NCBI GenBank assembly: GCA_963701665.1
Contig: OY969622.1
Location: 160,001-224,000, forward strand
Origin: Candidatus Babeliales bacterium
GTDB taxonomy: Bacteria > Babelota > Babeliae > Babelales > JANWKD01
Direction: 5' to 3'
DNA length: 64,000 nucleotides
Positions 57,976 through 64,000 of the stretch are shown in pieces (positions within the stretch are counted from its first letter, which is position 1; every line of letters begins with the position of its first letter). The translations under genes and the position numbers were made by a program. The notes under the pieces are model-generated. The model ran no database searches. It was given only the letters and a program-made list of their open reading frames with translations, and was not told the DNA's origin.

Positions 57976-58641
57976 TTGGGTATGAAGCATATTCTTGAGA
58001 ATAGTAAAAAAATAGCATTGTTACTGCTTTGTTTTCTTTCTTTTTCCGTGGTTGCCATGGACGTTGAGCCTGTAGTTGAAGAACCTCAAGAACTGCAAGA
58101 AGTTCCTGCGCAAGCAGAACAAAAAGAGGCTGCCGCAACAGGAAAAAAACCAAGAGGACAAAGAAGAGGCTACAAAATTCGTTGCCGAGGGCGTAGATGT
58201 TGGATAAAAGGGAAAAAGGGAGCGACAGTTCCGCCTCAGATTAAAAAAGTAGCTGATAACCTTGAAAAAACAGAAGCAGCAAAATCTGATAAGCCTGCTA
58301 CCTTTAAATTTGTATGTGATAAGAAAAAATGTGGCGTAAAACGCAAAGGGTTACGTAGAGGTAAGGGGAAAATTCGTTGCAAGGGTGGTTATTGTAGAAT
58401 CAAAGGAAAAGGCCGAGGAAAATGGAGTGCCAGAAGAAAACAACGGCTTGAATCATATCGTAAACGGCTTGAAGCTACGAAAAAAGGAAAACAAACTGGT
58501 CCAGCCACCTATAAACTTAACTGTGATGGCGAGAAATGTGACGTAAAACAAAAAACTGCTGGAAAAAAATGGGGTGGACGCCGTCGTGGTCGTCATGGTC
58601 GTGGCCGTCGCCGAGGATATGGGCGCGCAAGAACCGCATAA
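57976..58641 (+). CDS. secreted highly basic protein with two Cys-pair domains
   Basis: Signal peptide VVA-M; two copies of KIRCx4C.IKG...AT(F/Y)K..Cx4C; R/G-rich tail. Confidence 0.8.
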   Translation: MGMKHILENSKKIALLLLCFLSFSVVAMDVEPVVEEPQELQEVPAQAEQKEAAATGKKPRGQRRGYKIRCRGRRCWIKGKKGATVPPQIKKVADNLEKTEAAKSDKPATFKFVCDKKKCGVKRKGLRRGKGKIRCKGGYCRIKGKGRGKWSARRKQRLESYRKRLEATKKGKQTGPATYKLNCDGEKCDVKQKTAGKKWGGRRRGRHGRGRRRGYGRARTA

Positions 58642-58659
58642 AAATTCAATCTATGACAC

Positions 58660-58698
58660 AAAAGGGATGGCTTTGTGATGAAAAGCTATCCCTTTTTT
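58660..58698. terminator. bidirectional intrinsic terminator
   Basis: AAAAGGGATGGCTTT..AAAGCTATCCCTTTT between convergent genes. Confidence 0.8.
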
Positions 58699-58711
58699 AT
58701 TTGTATTACTT

Positions 58712-59908
58712 TTATCGAATCGATGTATAACCGTTCAATACACCCGCTTTAGAGAAAACTATCTGCCACAGTTGTATAGCGCGCGCTCTAAATAATCCCG
58801 CGCATGATAATAAATAGTATACCCACATGCGATAAAAACGATCGTCATAGTTGGATTTCAATTGAGGCCAATGTTTTATAAAATTTTCATGCCAAGCCAT
58901 TAATGTTTTTTCGTAATCGGGGCCAAAATTATGCCAATCTTCCATGACAAAAAAATTTTGGCTAGCGTGTGCAATTTGTTCCACGGAAGGAAGCATCCCG
59001 TTAGTAAAAATGTATTTATTAAGCCAAGGATCGCCATGAGTTTGCGAACTATTGCCGCCAATGGTGTGCAGCAACAATAATCCACCATCTTTAAGTAACT
59101 TGTGAGTAATCTTCATGAAGGTGTCATAATTTTTATAACCGACATGTTCAAACATACCAACACTAACAATACGATCAAATGGTTCATCTAGATCGCGATA
59201 ATCCTGTAATCGAATTTCGATAGGATATCCTTTTGTTTTTTCACGTGCGTAGTCTGCTTGTTCTTTAGAAATGGTAACACCAACCACACTTACGCCATAA
59301 TTTTTTGCAGCATGCAATGCCAAGCCGCCCCAGCCACATCCTATATCCAGCACTTTCATGCCGGGTTTTAAATATAATTTCTTACAAATAAGGTCACATT
59401 TGTTTTCTTGAGCTTCATCCAACGTGTGCGCATTATGCCAATAGCCGCATGAATATAACATGTTTTTATCAAGCATTACGTTAAATAAATCGTTGCCAAG
59501 ATCATAATGTTGCTCGCCAACTTGAAATGCGCGTGAAGCTGATTGCATATTCATCAACTTTGCTTGCAAATACAGACAAATGGCTGAAAGATTTTTTGGT
59601 GTTATGTTGTAAACATCAGAACGCGCGATCCGGAAGAAAAAATCATCGAGTGCTTCACAATCCCACCAGCCATCCATATACGATTCGCCAAGGCCGAGTG
59701 ACCCTTCACTCAGAACGCGTGCGTAAAGATGATTATTGCGTACGCATAGATCACAAGGCGCGCGTCCGTTAATGGTGATTCCCGCGTTTGATAAAAGATC
59801 TTGAGCGAATTTGTGATCGGCATTTTGCGAATATAGGCGAGTGCCAAAAAAATAAATGATTCCTATGATGCCAGCTAAACATAAGAAAATTATAGTGGAT
59901 TTTTTCAT
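58712..59908 (-). CDS. cfa: cyclopropane fatty acyl phospholipid synthase
   Basis: LGLGESYMDGWW, HYDLGN, YSCGYW, LDIGCGWG, SVGMFEHVG, RMW.YYL. Confidence 0.95.
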   Translation of the reverse strand: MKKSTIIFLCLAGIIGIIYFFGTRLYSQNADHKFAQDLLSNAGITINGRAPCDLCVRNNHLYARVLSEGSLGLGESYMDGWWDCEALDDFFFRIARSDVYNITPKNLSAICLYLQAKLMNMQSASRAFQVGEQHYDLGNDLFNVMLDKNMLYSCGYWHNAHTLDEAQENKCDLICKKLYLKPGMKVLDIGCGWGGLALHAAKNYGVSVVGVTISKEQADYAREKTKGYPIEIRLQDYRDLDEPFDRIVSVGMFEHVGYKNYDTFMKITHKLLKDGGLLLLHTIGGNSSQTHGDPWLNKYIFTNGMLPSVEQIAHASQNFFVMEDWHNFGPDYEKTLMAWHENFIKHWPQLKSNYDDRFYRMWVYYLLSCAGLFRARAIQLWQIVFSKAGVLNGYTSIR

Positions 59909-59996
59909 TTATACATCCCCCCTACTATTTTTTTTAGTTATTAACTATTATTCAAAAAATCGTAGAGGGATGTAAATAATCTAAGAAATATTGAAG

Positions 59997-60362
59997 CTAA
60001 TCTGCTTTTTCTTTTGCGCTATAGGCATCGTGGGCAGTTTTAATTTTTTTAGCAGCAAATAGCGTTGTTGCGCAAGCGGCAGCTCCAGAAAGACCAGCTA
60101 CAATGGGATCATTAGGCAAAACGATGGTTGCGACTTTACGAGCGATCATGAATGCGTTGTAAGCGCACGCGAGATCCGTGCACGAGGGATCATACTCTTC
60201 ACCATCTTGGAAATGATGTACGGTGTCAGGATGATAGGCTTCTTGTGCTGCATGCGCTATAGCAAAGACCGTTGGTGATTTTCGAACTGCAAGGTCCATA
60301 CCAAAATTTTTCTGGACAATAATCAATGATAAAAATAGTAGGCTTATCTTAAGCTGTTTCAT
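59997..60362 (-). CDS. small secreted membrane protein
   Basis: Signal peptide NFG-M; ends KEKAD. Confidence 0.7.
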   Translation of the reverse strand: MKQLKISLLFLSLIIVQKNFGMDLAVRKSPTVFAIAHAAQEAYHPDTVHHFQDGEEYDPSCTDLACAYNAFMIARKVATIVLPNDPIVAGLSGAAACATTLFAAKKIKTAHDAYSAKEKAD

Positions 60363-60550
60363 GTAAAATAATTCCCTTTGAGATATTTATGAAAAATGGA
60401 AAACAACTATAGTGTACAGAAAAAAATTAATAAGAGAAGCTTTTAATGAGCGCATTGCGCGTGGCACATGATTAAATTTGCACGGTCTATTGACAGTTTA
60501 GGGCTATCTTTTTTTAAGCTGTGCATGAAGGTATGATTGGTACTTAGCAT

Positions 60551-61669
60551 ATGAGTGGGTTCATGATAGAAAAAATGCACAGATATTATTTTTTATTAAT
60601 TCTTTTACTTGCGATGGCGGCATATGGCATTTCATCAAATAGGGTTGTTGCAACCATTAATGTGGGAGTCACTCCTGCGGGCATTGCACTGACGCCCAAT
60701 AATAAGTTTGCCTATGTAGCGAATAATAATAACTATGGAATTATGAATGGCGATAGCGTGAGTGTATTAAACTTGAAAAATAATACTCAGCAACAAATTA
60801 TTAATGATGCAAGTTTTAATCAGCCTTATACCGTAACTATTAACGCAGCAGGTACAAAAGCGTATGTGACCAATAGTAACGGTGCAACAATAACTATTAT
60901 TAATATACCATCGAATACGGTGATAGGTACCATTACAGGGTTTGATGGGCCTTCGGGCATGGTTATAACGCCTGATGGTAATACAGCCTATGTTAATAAT
61001 TATGGTGGGCCTATTGCAGGTAGTGGTTTTGGGACAACAGTCAGTGTTGTTAATTTGAATACAAACACTATTGTTGGTACCATTACCGTGGGGCAAGCAC
61101 CTGCTGCATTGGCAATAACGCCGGATGGTGCATTTGTGTATGTTGCTAATTACATTTTAGGTAACCCCGGTATGGGCACGGTAAGTGTTATACAAACAAG
61201 TAATAATACTGTTATTCAGACGATCCCAGGTTTTTCAGGTCCCTTTGCCATTGAAATAACGCCCAATGGCGAATATGCGTACGTAACTAATTTTGGCAGT
61301 AATAATTTTAATCCAATAGGAACAACGGTCAGTGTTATTGATTTGAGCAGTAATACGATTAGTGAGACGATTAATGTCGGCATCCAGCCATCGGGTATTG
61401 CTATTACGCCAGATGGGTTATATGCCTATGTAACGAATTATGACACGCTGTACACCGATACTACGAAATTTACTGGCTTAACGGCGGGTCAAGGCGTCGT
61501 GAATATTATTGATATCACAACTAACACGGTCATCCCTCCTGTAATTGCCGTTGAACAGTCTCCTGCGAACATTGCGATATCATCAAATGGTAAATATGCC
61601 TATGTTACCAATTTTACATCTAACACGGTGAATGTTCTTAACATTCTTGAAAGAATGTGGTTAAAATAA
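60551..61669 (+). CDS. YVTN-repeat beta-propeller protein
   Basis: Seven repeats of P.GIAITPDG..AYV(T/A)N....TVSVI. Confidence 0.92.
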   Translation: MSGFMIEKMHRYYFLLILLLAMAAYGISSNRVVATINVGVTPAGIALTPNNKFAYVANNNNYGIMNGDSVSVLNLKNNTQQQIINDASFNQPYTVTINAAGTKAYVTNSNGATITIINIPSNTVIGTITGFDGPSGMVITPDGNTAYVNNYGGPIAGSGFGTTVSVVNLNTNTIVGTITVGQAPAALAITPDGAFVYVANYILGNPGMGTVSVIQTSNNTVIQTIPGFSGPFAIEITPNGEYAYVTNFGSNNFNPIGTTVSVIDLSSNTISETINVGIQPSGIAITPDGLYAYVTNYDTLYTDTTKFTGLTAGQGVVNIIDITTNTVIPPVIAVEQSPANIAISSNGKYAYVTNFTSNTVNVLNILERMWLK

Positions 61670-61694
61670 ATTTTTGTACTTAAAAAAGGTATGT

Positions 61695-62273
61695 ATGAAA
61701 AAAAATTTTCTTTTTTTGTTCGTATTATTCTCAGTGGTATGCGCACAATCATGTTATGGGCAAATACTAGGCTGTGATCGGTTTCAGACTGCTTTTACTT
61801 CAGGATATGTCTTTAAACATTCTGATAAGATTTTTAAAAAAGTATATGGTCGTGGTATGGGAAATGTGCTAACAGCGGATCTTTGTTATTTTCCGTGGGA
61901 ATGTTGGGGCATTGGTGGCAAGGCTAGCTACTGGCTTGCGGTTGGTAAAACAAGCTTTTTTAAAAGGCATACAACATTACAGGAGATTCCGTTGACGGTT
62001 TATGTGCGCAGAATGTTTGATTTTGCAAGTGGCTTAGAACTTTACGGTTCATTAGGTGGCGGTGGAGCATGGATTAGTGAGCATAGCTATCGTGGGCGCG
62101 TGCGCACATGGAGAGGCGTCGGGGAAATCGAGGCTGGTCTATTTTATCCTGCATGGTGCCGTCTTGATTTTACGAGCGCTGTGCGTTATGTATTCCCTCG
62201 CCAAAGACATAGTCATATGAAATTTGATGTCGGTGGCTTTGATTTACGAGCTGGTATTGGATTTCCGTTTTAA
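61695..62273 (+). CDS. small outer-membrane beta-barrel protein
   Basis: Signal peptide, amphipathic strands, terminal GIGFPF; likely ATG at 61695. Confidence 0.75.
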   Translation: MKKNFLFLFVLFSVVCAQSCYGQILGCDRFQTAFTSGYVFKHSDKIFKKVYGRGMGNVLTADLCYFPWECWGIGGKASYWLAVGKTSFFKRHTTLQEIPLTVYVRRMFDFASGLELYGSLGGGGAWISEHSYRGRVRTWRGVGEIEAGLFYPAWCRLDFTSAVRYVFPRQRHSHMKFDVGGFDLRAGIGFPF

Positions 62274-62298
62274 TCTTAACACCAGCTCATGAAGATAA

Positions 62299-62619
62299 TT
62301 ATTTAAATTTTTCTTTTTGATGAGACGGCTGAATTTTTTCGATTGAGTTTGGAATAGTCACTGCTCCCCAGGCCAGAAAGGTACCCAAAACACAGAGAGG
62401 AGCAATAGCACAACTCCCAAAAATAGGATAACCCCCAGCTGCCATTCCTGCGCCAGCGCAACCACTTATGCAAAGCTCACTAGCAATCTCAGAATCTTGG
62501 TCTGTGACACCAGAGCAATCCGGTAAGAGTCGTTGAAGCGTGTGAGGGGTATCCTTTTCCATGCAAAACGTTGTATTGATAGTTAACAAGAGGGCTAAAG
62601 CAAATGCTGCTTTCTTCAT
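62299..62619 (-). CDS. small secreted Cys/Gly-rich membrane protein
   Basis: Signal peptide TFC-M; ends KEKFK. Confidence 0.72.
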   Translation of the reverse strand: MKKAAFALALLLTINTTFCMEKDTPHTLQRLLPDCSGVTDQDSEIASELCISGCAGAGMAAGGYPIFGSCAIAPLCVLGTFLAWGAVTIPNSIEKIQPSHQKEKFK

Positions 62620-62771
62620 AGCTGTTCCTTAGAGGTAATGGATACGTGAAAGAGAAACATTTGTAGTGTACCGAAAAAAATTAATAAGAGAAGCTTTTAA
62701 TCAGCAAATTGCGCGTGCTGAATGATCAAATTTTATCGGCTTTTCGTTTTAATGAAACGCGCGCGTGATCA

Positions 62772-63116
62772 TTAGTCAGTTTTTTCTTTTTGATCAAACG
62801 AATCGTTTGCTTTGAAAGGTTCTCCTGTGCGTATGCCAAAAACTGTAAACGTACCAATAGTAAACGCAAGTAGAGTTGCCAAAGGATTACCGAAAATGTG
62901 ATGAGCGACACATGCTGCCGATGCGCCTCCGCCGCAACTTGTCGCATAGTCAACTGCTAACTCACAACAAGGATCATTATCATCTTCAATGACATCCGTG
63001 AAAATTGGGAGTAGAACTTTTTGATCGCGTGGGATTCCATTATGCATGCAAAAAGTTGTATTGAGCGTTAACAAAAATATAAAAACGAGCGCCAATTTTT
63101 TCATTATTAGTTCCAT
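62772..63116 (-). CDS. small secreted Cys/Gly-rich membrane protein, paralog of 62299
   Basis: Signal peptide TFC-M; ends KEKTD. Confidence 0.72.
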   Translation of the reverse strand: MELIMKKLALVFIFLLTLNTTFCMHNGIPRDQKVLLPIFTDVIEDDNDPCCELAVDYATSCGGGASAACVAHHIFGNPLATLLAFTIGTFTVFGIRTGEPFKANDSFDQKEKTD

Positions 63117-63289
63117 TGTATTGTATGAATGAACGTAATCACTTAGTAGTACAAAAAAAATAAAAATGAGAAAGCCTGAATTCTAATTCTAGCATTGCTT
63201 GGAAAGGAACTACAAGATGGTTTCAAACAACAAATCTTCACCTAGCGACATATTTTATTATCCCAACCACTTACTTCTACGGGCTTAAT

Positions 63290-63988
63290 TCTCCAAATGA
63301 GCCCATTGTGGAAACTGTTCTGTAACAAGCTGGATGACTAGAGATAGAGGAATTTCTAATCTACAAAATGATTGAGTTATTTGTAATGTTTCCCAAAACA
63401 TTGCAAGTAAGATTGATTTGAGTAAGATGCCTTAATTTTTGCTGAGTGAGCAAGTCACGAATTTTGTCAAATTCTATCGGTAACAGGGAATCGCTTATAA
63501 CTTCAATATTGCAAGTGTTCCCTTTAAAGATGCCATTGTCTTGGTTTTTTATTACACCAGTAATAATATCGCTTGCATATTGTGGTGTGCATAACAGAGG
63601 TAATATAATTGGTCTCATTATGAATCCTTTCAAAAAAAATATTTTTCTCAATCTATAACAAGTTTGAATTAAATTGAAGCTTCTAATTTGGCACCTTTTC
63701 CATAATGATATTAACTGCACAGTTAGCATGAACAATGCCTTCCGGAAAGTTTTTGCTGCGCAGTGCTTGTATGGCTTTATATAAAGATATAGCAATAGGT
63801 TTTCTATGAAAATTAAGAATGCAGGGGATTGGACTATCTAAATTGTTAATATCAATTGTTGTTAAGGGATTTTGAATGTTTGATGATGAATAAAATGTGA
63901 TCTTATTTTCTCGAATATGTATCGCAAGCATAAATTCACCAGCGGGATCAGGCCAATGAACAATAACCTTGTAATATATTAAATTCAT
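63290..63988 (-). pseudogene. fragmented hypothetical gene
   Basis: Overlapping same-strand ORFs 63683..63988 and 63361..63795 in different frames. Confidence 0.35.
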
Positions 63989-64000
63989 ATATTTAAGAGG

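Overview
AT-rich bacterial chromosome segment. Its content suggests an intracellular parasite of eukaryotes, most resembling Dependentiae/TM6 (inference, not a database result). Housekeeping genes include gpmI, truA, a frameshifted typA, rpsR, rpsF, msrA/msrB, mutL, prmC, ftsY, rnhB and cfa. They are interleaved with ankyrin proteins, a six-gene tandem array of M48-like Zn peptidases, two toxin-antitoxin modules (AbiE-type, YafQ-type), an IS200-type tnpA element and many small secreted proteins. Main observations: (1) A complete IS110 (IS621-like) element at 38284-39484. Its non-coding end contains a readable bridge RNA whose four guide segments match the element's own donor junction and target site. 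(2) That target is one of seven copies of a ~105-bp REP/REPIN-like palindromic doublet; one copy carries a GIY-YIG nuclease gene in place of its spacer and is a candidate autonomous element. (3) About 24 secreted proteins have a Met immediately after the predicted signal-peptide cleavage site, and many carry eukaryote-type targeting motifs (CaaX, KxKxx, NLS, BC-box-like, tail anchors), suggesting a tagged effector repertoire. No rRNA, tRNA or CRISPR array was recognised.
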